64,000 bases of DNA, from assembly GCF_009834535.1 (NCBI RefSeq), contig NC_045700.1, positions 69,874,001 through 69,938,000 of the forward strand, given 5' to 3'. The notes beneath the pieces were generated by a model. It searched no databases, had not been told where the DNA came from, and saw nothing but the letters and a program-made list of their open reading frames with translations. The DNA is from Camelus ferus. Taxonomy: Eukaryota. Below are positions 49,524 to 63,023 of this stretch, one piece after another. Positions within the stretch are counted from its first letter, which is position 1. The number at the start of each line of letters is the position of its first letter. The position numbers and the translations under genes are program-made.

Positions 49524-49531
49524 GTATATAC
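49524..49531 (-). promoter_or_regulatory. TATA box of a predicted minus-strand promoter
   Basis: TATATA at 49530-49525; a CA initiator (A at 49501) lies 29 nt downstream of its first T. Confidence 0.55.
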
Positions 49532-49974
49532 TTGGCACCACCTAATTTGCTTCCAGCCCCCGAACTGCAAAGGTTATCTGGGAAATGTGGTCTTTAGCCT
49601 CCCAGCCTCTGCAGTACAGGAAGGTCCCTGAAGGAAATGCTGGGTGCCAGGCGGCCATATCCAACTATGTTTTCCTTATTCCAACACTTGAGACCTGGTT
49701 CGTCCACCAACATGATTGCTTATGGATTATTAACAAACACTGATTGGGCAAAAGGGCCTTATTGCCACTCAGGCTTCCTCCTACTTTCCTCTACTTCTTT
49801 TTACTCCAAAATGGAGGGATTGTGGACTCAGTGATTCCGAACTGATGTTTGGAAAGTGAAAACAAGAACAGTCATGAATTACTGAATGGCTGAGATCCTG
49901 CTTCAGGATTTAGACAACAGAACTGCCCTATGGGGAGAGTCTCCTTGGGGAGAGTCTCCATGGGAAAGGGTTTT

Positions 49975-50003
49975 TTTGTTTGTTTGTTTGTTTGTTTGTT
50001 TTT
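49975..50003. repeat. (TTTG)n microsatellite
   Basis: Read directly. Confidence 0.93.
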
Positions 50004-50779
50004 AAGTAACATATAGCATTACAGCTGGAAGGAGCCTTAGAAATCATTAGTTTAGCATTTTCCAAAGTGTGTTCCAAAAACTATTTAGATGGACATGATG
50101 CTTTGTTAAAAACAAGGAAGGATTCAGGGGTCAAATAGGTTTGGGAAACATTGCATATGCTCATCTTGAGCCGTAATCCACGTCAGAATTGTAGAGCTCT
50201 GTGAAGTCCTGCAGTAAGGAATCTGCTTTGCTTTAGCCCACTAGTTTCCAAACTTATTTGGCCTCAGAAACTTTGTTTTTTTTTTTCTTTCTCCAAAATG
50301 CCTGGAGTTGGAATTCTATGGGACATACACCGGGAGGATTGGATCTAATCCCAATTCCTCTTTTTCCATATGGAGAACCTGAGTTCCAAAGCAGTGAAAT
50401 CATTTGCCCATGATCACAGGAATCACAGGTGGTAGTGCTGAGAATAAAACCCAAGACTTCGGGCATTTAATGCAGAGTTCTTGCTTCTTCATCTGACAGA
50501 TTTCTCTACTTGAAAATCTCCAGGCATTTTCACTAAGGCAACAGCTGCTAAGAGAAAGGCTACTCAAGGAAAATCATACTTTGTCAAATATCCACAACAT
50601 GGGAGGATCCTTTTACCCATGGGTCCCCACAACCAATTATCACAAATGACAAATCAAGAGGACACAGGGAAAGTCAACCACTTAGCATATGTTTGCCCCC
50701 AAATAATCGGTGTTTTGAGACCAGCTAGGATATTCTTGGACGCTTCATCTTTCTGTTTACCAAATTACAGACCTTCAGG

Positions 50780-51152
50780 AAATGACACCAAGTATATTAT
50801 CTATTATGAAAACAAATTACCCCCAAATCTGGTGACTTAAAGCAATAAACCTTTATTATATCTCTTTGGGAATTTCTTTGGGAATCTGTGAGTGGCTTAG
50901 CTCTGTGATTCTGCATTGAGACTGCAGTTACAATGCCAAGCAGAGATGCAGTCATCTGGAGGTTTCACTGGTACTGGACTGTCTCCTCTTAAGGTAGTCT
51001 CAGAAATCACACACTGTCACTTATGTCATATTCTTTCTTTATTATACGTGAGCCACTGTGTCTTGCCCATACTCAAGGGGAAGAGAATTGGGCTCCCCCT
51101 TTTGAAGGAATAAGTGTCAAAGAATTTGTAGACATATTTTAAAACCATCACA
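50780..51152 (-). mobile_element. MLT1 (F/G/H-like) LTR
   Basis: aacaaattacccccaaatctggtgacttaaagcaataaac...gagatgcagtcatctggagg...gtgtcaaagaatttgtagacatattttaaaaccatcaca. Confidence 0.82.
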
Positions 51153-51779
51153 CCAAGAAAGAGTTGTAAGAGAAAGGATGCTAATTAAATGGCCAAAAAA
51201 CCAAGGCATATTTTGGGGCTAGAAATCCATTTAGGACAAGAACAAGTGTCAACTGGAAACTCTGAAAGAGATAAAGAATTTAAATTTGCATGGGACCTAG
51301 AATCCCAAACTGAAGCATTGGCACAGACATCCTTGAATGTCTTGCAATAAAAAACTTCTGAATAGAAAACCTCTGAAAGAAAACTTCTATTGCTGCCACC
51401 GTGACTAGGAGAATAGGTGAAGGATTTGAATCAAGGATAAGCAATTTGGAGAGCATAGCCAATGTTTTGACTTTTATCCTTCCAAGTTAATTTTTACTTT
51501 CTTAAGCCTTTGAATTTTCTAAGTGTTGCAATATCCCAACATGACCAAGAGGGTCAAATTCCAGCTCAAGTTTTCAAATCTTTTTTTTCCTTCTGAAGGT
51601 TTATATTCATTTCTCTATGCTATCTGAAAGCAAGATACCATGATCTAATTGCTTAAGAATTCATTTCCAAATAGATGTTGACAGAGTCTGAAAGTCTCAG
51701 AAAGATCAGACAGATCATATTCTCTCCTTTACCCAAGATTTTTTTAAATTAAAAAAACTAACAACTATGACCCCCCCCC

Positions 51780-52200
51780 CCAAACTTTCCTTTGTGGCAC
51801 CTGGGGTATTCCATCAATCAACATGTGTTTCTTGGACATATGATAAAGATAAGAGGTTCTCTGGGACTTATAATGTATTTGGGAGTTAAACAGAAAACAG
51901 ATGCAGATAAATACAATAATCACAAACGTGGGATTGAGAGAGATGAATGGGCTGAGGCTACATTGGGGCAGTTCTGTGAGATAGGTGAACTTATTAAGGA
52001 CAGTGTCCCATAAAAGATGTGCTTGACCCTGGAATTTAAAACTGTTCTAAATATTTGAGGGCAACATGGGCAAAGGCTGGGAGATAAGAGAAGGAAGATT
52101 GAATTTTTGGGCCATTAAACAGATGGTAAAAGGATGGGCTTGAATGTAGTGGGAGGTGAGACAGGAAGAGTAGGGTGGGGATGTTGAGCAAGATGAACAA
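51780..52200 (-). mobile_element. L2 fragment
   Basis: aggacagtgtcccataaaagatgtgcttgaccctggaatttaaa...gagcaagatgaacaaacagc. Confidence 0.55.
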
Positions 52201-53785
52201 ACAGCTGCAAAGAATTTGGTGTGGTTGGAGCAAATCTTTTGCAGGAGTTGAAAATTTTTTTCAATATACTGCTTCTCAAACAAAACAAAATAAAACAAGC
52301 CTTTCAATTAATAGAGACTTTTAGAAAGCTGGACCTGTTGTGTAGGGAGATATGGGTTTAAGGTTCTGCCCTGCCTTCCAGGGCCCTATCCAGTCACCAT
52401 CAGGACGGGAGGTACACCAGCTGTAGATGGAGGAAAGGCTAGAGAGAGGCCAGTGACCGACCGACTGACTGGCTGGCTGGCTGGCTGCTGGCTGTTTGAT
52501 GATTCATTTATTCATTTATTCAACAAGCTCACAGTGAATGACTTTAGGTTTGAGAGGCAAGTAGGATTAAATACATTGTTCATGGGACTGGGACAAATGG
52601 CAGGCAAGTCTCAATTTATTCAGCCTGAGTTTCATTTCTCTCTCTCTTTCTTTTGTTTGTGTGGAAATTATTGGAAGATTTTGATGAACATTTATTGTGC
52701 TCCTGCTCTGTATGTGTCAGGGACTATGCTAAGTGCCAGGGATACCAAAATGACCTAAACATGATACTGGCGATGTGACGACAAACTTAAATATGTAAGC
52801 TAAATATTTCCTTTCCTGCTTCTGGCTTTTGCTTTGCCAAAAGGGGACTATTTCTCTTGGAAAAGAGTGGACAAATGTGCAGCAGGTGAACAGCATCATA
52901 TTTGTGTTCCAGCTGTTGTACCAGCTGTGTCCCACTGACTGGCCTCCACCTGTCTCACTCCTGCTTCCGCCAATTCCAAGCTGAGTTATTTTTATATTCA
53001 TATCATGAGATGGCCCAGCTGGTGATGGAAGTGCTGTCATGCTGAATTTGGAACCGAATGCATTCTAGTTTCTGGAAACACACGTAGTAGGTGGCTACTT
53101 CCACAGCAACAGATACAACATGTAAAGTGCTGCAGTAGTCAGGGAACTTCTCAGTTGCTGATGGAGGAGTGGGATCCTCTGATTTCAGATGCATGAGGAA
53201 TCTTGGACACAGGAAAAGACTGACCCAAAGTCATCTGACAACACAGAGGACAAGCCAGGGCTGCTCAAATCTCTTGACTCCAAATCCATGCTCTTTTTAT
53301 TAAGGCAGTCATGACATAACCCACCAAATGAGTGCAGATTTCAATCTCCCCAGTCAGGAGGCCTGCTGGCTGGACAACTCATGCATACACATGATGGTTC
53401 CTGGGTGGTTGACACTCATCACCCTCTGACTTCATTTTTTTTCCCCCTTTGCAAGATGGTTATTGCTCAGAGCCAGCATCTCTTTTCCAAAAAGTGAACA
53501 TGCCAGAAGGGTTTTTGGAAACTGCCTTGATATCTGTCAGGAGCCAGATGATTCGCAGCAATGAACCAATGCACATAACAAGGGTACCTGATTGGATTAC
53601 CAATTAGCCACCTCCACCTCTGGAGGGCGGTTGGGAAGAAGAGAAAAGGCAATGTTTAGTTTGGGCAAATACCAAAAGGGTTTTATCATCCTCATCAAGG
53701 CATCAGCACGGCACATTAGGCCTACTCCAAAGCTATTCCACGGGAACGTCTCTCTCCAGATGCTCCAGCAAGAGCAAACTTGTTA

Positions 53786-54181
<396 letters not shown>

Positions 54182-54699
54182 TTATGTGCTTGCCTGGGTG
54201 CAAGGTCAGCCCCATTCCTGGGATTCAGCAGAGCAGGGCCATTGTTTAGGCCCCTCACCTGGAATCCATGTGGGATGAACCGGATGGGGCTGCCACTAGC
54301 CTATGTCATGCCTTTTGTGAGGGTCTGGAAAAGGGGGATCCTCTGGTCTCAGGCAGCCCTACAGGGCCGAGGTGAGGCAGGTGAGGGGCACCTTGTGCGG
54401 AGGAAAGGGAGTCCAGTCCTCCAGGTGTGTGCAGCTCAGCCCCTGTGTGCAGGGCTCAGTGATTCTAGCCTCTGCTTCCTGCTCTGTCACATGCTGCTGT
54501 GCGGTACCCTGCAGCACAGCCGTGCCCTATGCAGATGCTGGGACTGCTTAGTGATTCTAGGGCGCTCAGGCCAAGGAGGAGAAGGAAGCAGTATTTCCCT
54601 GAGTTACTTAGAAAGATTGAAAGTGTTTCTGTAACTTTATCTTCCCTATTTCCAAGGCAAAATGTCAGGAGTAGAGTTGGCCATCAGCGATAGTGGACA

Positions 54700-54910
54700 C
54701 TTACAAGTACGTAAACACATACACAGAGGCACGGCACACACACAGAAACACAGACTTACACATGTTTACACTGAGGCATGCACACATATGCATATACGCA
54801 CTCATGAGGCATGCACACACATGCACTCATAGGCATACAAACACATACGTACCCTCAGACACACATATGCCTTCATACACACACTGATTTACATACACTC
54901 AGCCTGCACA
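54700..54910. repeat. Cryptic CA-rich low-complexity repeat
   Basis: Alternating purine-pyrimidine stretch with recurring gaggcatgcacaca (x2) and acacat units. Confidence 0.85.
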
Positions 54911-57139
54911 CTTGAGGCTTCGGGCTGCATTCTTGTCATAGTTATGGCCCTGGCATTCATTCTAATCAGATTCTTTTTATAAAGATGTCCAAAGTAGGGT
55001 GTGTGTGTCTGCGTGTCTGTGCATCTAGTGTCATTTGTCCTGGGCTTTGCAACCTCCTAGGAATACCCTTGGCGCTAATATGACTGTACCTAAAGTTTGA
55101 TTCATTTGCTCAAAGTTAAGAGGGCATCATTCTCACAAAAGTATAACAGGGAGGGGAAGCGGGGGGATTGTAAAAGGAAGATTCCATCTTGAAATAGTCG
55201 GTAAGTTTCTTTGGAGGGAGGGAGGGAGAGAGAGATAGAGAATTTGATTTTGACCATTTCAGCCTTAAACAGAGACGCTACAAACACATAATGTAGTTAC
55301 TGATCCAGGTATTGAATTGACACTTACAAGGCTTCAAATATACATGCTCGGGTTGAGGCAGGGGGAGAGGGAGGCATCTGTCTCTGAGCAAGCATGAGAT
55401 GAAATGAAAGATGTGGTATCTGTTGTCTTCCTGGTGGCCCTCAGTTGCCACATTCCTCTCAGAGTGTGAGTTTCTCATGGCCCTGAGTGTGATTCTGCTG
55501 TTATCAGAGATACTTTCCGTACACTGTCTGGTACCCAAGCACACACCATCTCCTTCATCTGGAGAAAGCCGCCCACCCTCTGATGAGGGAGAAGCAGCCA
55601 TTGGGCTGTGCTTTCTAGAAAATGGTTTGTTGGTCTCCAGCATGGCACCTCCCTAAGGGATTTTCAGGGGTAATTTGGACTCTAAGCAATTTTTGCTTTA
55701 TGTGCTGCCTTTAAATCAAAGCCTCCATGGAAACTGTTACCGCACTGTCTTGGTTTCCTCCTGGACTGTTGGCTCTTAGGGAGAAGAACTCCGAGTGGGG
55801 CTAAGTCATGGAGGGTGTGGCCCTGCCTCCTTCACCTTTCAGAAATTCAGAGTCCTTCTCCCTCTGTGAACATGCCTCAGACTCTGCCCTGGACCGGAGG
55901 GTGACACCTCCCCAGGGACTCTTCCTGTTGGCAGGGTCCCCAGGCTCCCTTGCCCCGGGGGAGGGTCACGGCTTAGTTTTGAGAATGCCAGGCTAAACCG
56001 AGTAGCGAGTCTCCCTGGTGAGTGCAGGGAGCTGTGTCATCTCATGCTGCTGCCAGGAGTGAGGAAAGCACAGAACAGCTTGGCAGTGCGTGTTGGTGCA
56101 GAAAACCCTGAACACATGTACTGACTCTTGAGGAATATGCGTGGCTAACACTAATCCCACTGACATCGTTGGAAACATTGCCGATTTCCCCTTTTCAGTG
56201 GGTGGCTTTCAGACAGCTTACGTGTGGCCCTGGAAGATGAATAAATTGAGCCCAGAGCCACAGACAAGCCAAAGGTGTGCATCCACGCACCCCAGGAATG
56301 ATTACCTTGTCCTTCTGCTGAGAATGTCCCCCCAGCCCATTCTCACATTGGAGGGGCCCGTGGGGCTGCTGCGGCCTGATGTCCTGGGGCTGTCCAGACC
56401 CCTGTGGCTCTCTGGACTTTTTCTTCCTTTAAGCAGGGACAGTGGTGGGGTCCCATTCTGGCCTGAGGCATTATTCTCTTCAAAAGCAAAAGGAGACAAA
56501 GCATGAGTGAGAATCTGGATCAGTAAGGAAGAGAAGGAACATCTTTTCTAACTTTGTTGTTGGCTCCTGGTGTTTAGGATAGTTTATGCCCCTCATTCTC
56601 AAGTCTGTCTCTCTTTTTCACCACTTCTAAGGGGCAAGTATCTGCCACAGCCAAGGTAGGATTACTCTTGACTAGAGTAGTGGCTGTTGGTTGGGGAACC
56701 TCCAAGAACTGGGAGGAACTGAACAGTGGTTGTTGTTATTCTCATCTTATTGATGGGCTCCTGAGATAGAAGAAAGACTAAGGCTGCAAGGTCCTTCCAG
56801 CTCTCAGTCCCAAGGCTCTCACTAGGGAGACCCCAGCTTTAGAGCTCATTGGACTATTGGGTACAGATTCCAACCACAAAGCAATTTTTCTAAGCAGAAA
56901 TAACAATCACATGGCTCCTCAGGGTGGTAAAGTACAAAGCAGCCCCCTCCAGATGGTAGTTAGAGGGTAATGGGGGGGGGGGATGATAATGCCCCAGAAA
57001 GCACATCCTGCCCTCCACCTCTGTTCTTTCTCTCACTCTTTCTCCAAATCAGCAGGGACTGCTCTAGTGAGGGCGAAACCCAGTAATCTGTGATTGAGAC
57101 CTTGTCTTAATCTCAGAGAACGTGATCTTTATTTCATGT

Positions 57140-57830
57140 TCAACACATTCTTGCTGTTTGTTTAAAAGCTGCCTTCACACACAGTCTCAAAGTATCACAA
57201 GCTACTTCTTTACAAAGGGAAAAGGTGTCTTTACAATGGGGAAATCTAGCAGACACCTCTTTAACCAAATAATGAAATTTAACATCACTTATAAAGCAAA
57301 TAATAACACATAGAATAAATCTAAAGAGATGTTTTGTGTCCCTTAATGTAACAGCGAGAAGGATACAACATCACCTACATTCTAGTTTTGCCAGAAATGT
57401 TGGATCTGAATCTAATCACGAGGAAACAGACAAATCTAAATTGAAGATAATTCTGTAAAGCAACTAGCCCATCCTCTTTACAAATGTCAATGTCATGAAA
57501 AGTGAGACTGGGGAAGTGTCCTAGATGAAAAGATTCTAAAGAGATGTGACAACTAAATACAATGTATGATTCTGAATCGAATCTTGGATTGATTGGGAAA
57601 AAAACAGCTATGAGGAACATTATTGGTATAATTAGAGACATTTGAATATGGGTTATATATGAGGAAATAGTGTTACATCCAAGTTAATTTTCTTGAGTGT
57701 GATCGTTGTACTGTGGTTATGAGGGAGAAGAGCCTTGCTTTTGGGAGATCTGTGCTGATCAGGGATGAAATGTACAAAGTCTGCAGTTTAGTCTCAGATG
57801 GTTCAGCAATGAAATAAAATATGTATGTGT
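57140..57830 (+). mobile_element. Old L1 3' UTR (L1MC/L1ME-like)
   Basis: ctttacaatggggaaatctagcagacacc...ctgaatctaatcacgaggaaacagacaaatc...ctctttacaaatgtcaatgtcatgaaa...agagatgtgacaactaaatacaatgt. Confidence 0.82.
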
Positions 57831-58479
57831 GTATGTGCATATGTAAAATCTGGCTTCACTTTTATGATATTAGAAGTGAAACAATCCAGGGCTAAGCAAG
57901 TAAATGGGTCTGGGCAACTTCTGGGGCAATGGGACAGTCCCACTTACTAGCTTTAAACGCCCTTGCCCCAGGGACCCCTGTGTGAGAAAGACTGGCATGC
58001 AAATCTTACCTCTTTGGACTTTTTTTTTTTAAATGCGTCTATTACCAGGCTGAGTCACATACTGGACTAACTAACATACTGAACTAACCAAAATATCAGG
58101 GACTTCTTAGACCAGCTTTTCCCTGGAGGAACACCTCGGGGACACAGCAGCTCAAAACGAGTGGAGGGCAGTGTGAGGTGATCAGCACCAAAAATGACAC
58201 TCACTGGGGTTGTCATCCCTTCCAGTGGCTCAGGCTGTGCCCTCAACACTGTGGTGCACAGACGGAAAGCTGCTTTCTTACCTGTCTGCACACAGAGTGG
58301 CCCTTGTGCATACTTGGATTTTTTTTAAAAAGGAAACTTCAAAGTCTTTAGGAACATTAACTGTCACTTAAGGGATAGAGTAAACAAGCCCTGCTTCACT
58401 AATCAAAGGACGTTCTCAAAACTGAAATGTCTCAAGAATGCCCTGATCTGGGTTCATTGTTTTGTTCATTTATTCCAAG

Positions 58480-58720
58480 AGGCAGTGTAGTATAATGGGG
58501 ATGACACACAGGTTCCGGCACCAGAAGTCCTCAGCTCCAATCCCAGAGAGGCCACTTGTTGTCGTGTGACCTCAGATAAGTTACTCTTCTCCCAGGGTCT
58601 CAGATTTCTGATCTACGAAATGAGGGTAAGACTGTCGTGAGGTCTAAATGAGACACGATGTGTTAAAAACCGAGGACAGTGCCTGGCACAGGGGAAGAAC
58701 TCCTTAAATATTAATGGCCA
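58480..58720 (+). mobile_element. MIR SINE
   Basis: gaggcagtgtagtataatgg...cgtgtgacctcagataagttactc...gacagtgcctggcacagg. Confidence 0.85.
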
Positions 58721-59206
58721 TCCTTCTATTTCTGACTACCACTAGTCAGAGATCACCTAACATTTGTGATACTGTCATCTTGCCTTTGGGGAAGGAGGTT
58801 CAATTTTCTGAAAATGAAGGGCTTTCTAAATATGGACCATTATTTCCAACCTATCAACACATAAAGATAAATACACTTTGATGCACTCACGTGTATAATT
58901 TTTAATGTCCATATGATGTTTTGAAAATATGGAGTAAGCACTTTTATTGATAGCATAAACTTTTAATGAATAAATGTATATTCCCAAGTAAATTAGAAAT
59001 GAAATTACATTGGTTAAAAACATTAAATAAACTATAAAGCATGCAGCAAATATTTAGCAAGTTTGGTGCTGTTTTATATTTGCAACCTGAAAACATTAGT
59101 AGGGGGATGATTCAGTGAGTAAGTGATTTGTGAGCTAAGACACCAAGTTGGTTTTACTGCAGCACTTTGGGTAAGGCAGCTGCTGCCTGAACAGAAGCCA
59201 TCTTCA

Positions 59207-59990
<784 letters not shown>

Positions 59991-60229
59991 TTGAGTTAGG
60001 CTTCAAACTCTTGTTACTGAACGAGCCCTCACTGATACACAAAGGAAGGAAGAAATCAATGGATTCACTTTTTCTAAACTTTATTCCTAATTTTCATTTA
60101 GCAGTGTGTTGGCAAGCTCAGTGGATCTAATAGTTTTAAGAATCTGGTTCATGATGGCCTGGTGACATTCCTTAACAGGGTCATCAAGGAAGATAATCAG
60201 GATTTAAATGAATCCTGCTAACAGTCCTA

Positions 60230-60830
60230 TCTTTGTATGCATTAAACATGTCTTTTTATTCTACTGTTTTGACATCTGGGACTTTACTGACCCTGGGGAG
60301 ACTGTTCCTCCCAGGGTCAGCCAATTCTTAGAGACAGTAAAGGACCACCTGGGAAAGGGCTATTTCATATAGAAACCGACCAATCTAGAACCCCCATCTC
60401 CCCGCAGCCCTCACCATGACTTCCTTTATCCAGCTCCTAACACTCCCAGGCCACTATCCCCAGGGTCAGTATCAGAAATTAATTACCTTAGTGCTAGGTA
60501 CCAGAAAACCAGGGACAGCCTGGATGCACAGAGCCTGCCTGAACTGTTCAAACTAGCCAATCCCAAATCTGCTTAGCTTGCTTACTCTGTCTTGCCCATT
60601 CCTTCCCGCAAAAAATGCAATAAAGACTCTTGCCCGTTCCCCACCCCTCAGCCCTTCTGCCTCCTAACTGACCCTGGTTCTTCTCCATGTGGTCCTGTGG
60701 GGCATGGCATGTCCCCTCCTCTTGGGAACTGTGAGTAACAGGCTATCTTTTCAATGGCTATCTTTTCCTGATCTGTTGGCCTCATCATACCTGAATAATT
60801 TTTAAAAAAGCCCTATGTTTAAAAATACTG
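60230..60830 (+). mobile_element. Solo ERV1 LTR, MER39/MER21-like
   Basis: tgttttgacatctgggactttactgaccctggggagactgttcctcccagggtcagccaattcttagagacagtaaa...caaactagccaatcc...gcaataaagactcttgccc...cttgggaactgtgagtaac. Confidence 0.8.
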
Positions 60831-60849
60831 TGTGTTTTTTAAAGGAGCT

Positions 60850-61010
60850 AAGTAATTTTTTTTGAAAGGTAAAATCTATGTACAGTGAAATGTGTAAATC
60901 TTAAGTGTACCATTCAATGAGTTCTGACAAATTGTATATATCTATGCAGCTAACCAAGACTCAGAACACTTACATCACCACAGAAAGTTCCCTTATGCCC
61001 CCATCCATTG
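60850..61010 (-). mobile_element. Old L1 3' end fragment
   Basis: tacagtgaaatgtgtaaatcttaagtgtaccattcaatgagttctgacaaa...catcaccacagaaagttcccttatgcccc. Confidence 0.8.
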
Positions 61011-62027
61011 ACTGGTCTTTTAAGCACAACAGTTAGATATTCTTCTTCACAGTGAGAATTCCAAAGAGCCGTAGAATAAAAATTGAGAAATGAGTGGCAG
61101 TTTCTGCTGAAGTTTCTGGAAAGCTCAGAACTAGGACTCTTTAAAAATTAGAGTCAGCTTTTTAGACAGTTGCCTTTTGCCTCAGGCTGCCCAGAGAAGT
61201 CCCAGGGACAAGAATGTGTCTTAGACTAGGGTGTTGTGGAATGACTTGGGAAAGTCAGAAAGAATTTCTCCTTGTGGTACGGGGTGAGTCGAGCAGTCAC
61301 TCAGAAAGCCTCTTTCAAAAAGCCTTTCTAAGTAGATCCCAGCTGGAACTGAGCTCTCCTTTACCCACACTCTCTTAGCACTTTGAGTAGAAGCACAGAA
61401 TCTCTGGCCTGACAGAAATTGTAGAAATCACCTGATGGTAATAATAATGCTGCCTAATTCAAAATCAGGAAAATGGCTCTTCAGACAAACTTTTATCTTT
61501 CTTTTCTAAAACGAAGATCCAAAGATCAAAATATCCTTTTTTATCTTGGCTACCAGGTAACTCATCCAAATCCAGTGCTTACCTAAAGCAATGAATTCAT
61601 CCCAGATGTCTGATAACATCTGTTTCTCTATTCTATTTAACCGGCTTTTTAACTTTTTCAATTTCAACTTTAGTTGTCCTGTTTGTATATTGTATTTTTA
61701 TTTGTTGTAAGCTGCCTGAAAGTTCTGCACCTTTATAACATCTGCAGTGCATTGGACTTATTTATGGGTATAATAAGTCCATTTCCTTTAACAGTTTAGC
61801 AAAATGCTCTGCTTGATGAAGGGCTCAATAAGTATTTAAAAAAACTGAGTTGAATGTGACCAGAAGAGACCTACTTCTAGATTTATCCTTTTTCTTTCTT
61901 TGAAAAAAATTCTCTCAAGGTGGTGACCCTGGAGAGGATCAGCCGTGATTTAGGAGAGGGTTGCATTAGCGGGACCCACACCCGAGTCCTTCCTGGCCTG
62001 CCTGGATTCTGTCAGGAGACCCATTCA

Positions 62028-62291
<264 letters not shown>

Positions 62292-62649
62292 TTATCAGGT
62301 GTGATTTCACTACTTCTGTACCCAAGGTTGAGAAATAAAGCTGACCAACCTGGGAGCTGGTTAACTCACTGGAGTGGGGGGAACTTGGTTATTTCCCCAT
62401 TAACCAGCCTCTGATTCCTCTGAGAAGTACAAGTGTGATAAATGCAAGAGCCTTTGTGAGGAAATACAGTCTTTCTTTCTCTTGCAGTTGGGAAAACTGA
62501 GCTGGACTGAAACAACAGAGCTGAGATTTCCATGTCTGGAGAGGGAAAAATCTTGGCTTGTGTCTTTATGGGAAAAAAGGAAGGCTCAGACTATGGCCTG
62601 TGGTAACCTTTTAGGTAAGAAAGGGTGGAAAACAGGAGTACACGTTTGT

Positions 62650-62765
62650 ATTTGCTTACCTCATGTGGTCTCTCTAAGCCTCGATTTCTCCCTCTATAAA
62701 GTGGAGGGAATCATGCTACCCACCTCATAAGGCTGCCGTGAGGATTGGATGAGCAAATTATATAT
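62650..62765 (+). mobile_element. MIR fragment
   Basis: ctctaagcctcgatttctccctctataaagtggagggaatcatgctacccacctcataaggctgccgtgaggatt. Confidence 0.8.
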
Positions 62766-62974
62766 GGTAACAATAGTGTTTGGAACTAGGCTTATTTATA
62801 TGATATTTCTTTGAGAGAGGAGTCTTCTCTTACTAGGGTTTAATATCTAATCTTACCACTAGCAGAATACCTAGGTGTCTCCAGCATTATGAACAGAGCT
62901 AAAAAAGAATCACTGTGTGTCAGAATCAGCCACAATTTTAGCCCAGTTTTTTAATATCCCCAACCCCCCAAAAC

Positions 62975-63023
62975 GTGTGTGTGTGTGTGTGTGTGTGTGT
63001 ATACACACAGAGAGAGAGAGAGA
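62975..63023. repeat. Compound microsatellite (GT)13-ATA-(CA)n-(GA)n
   Basis: Read directly. Confidence 0.95.

Noticed and set aside
53605-53625. CTCF-like ccacctctggagggcgg
   Set aside because: Two mismatches in the core; too weak to call without data.
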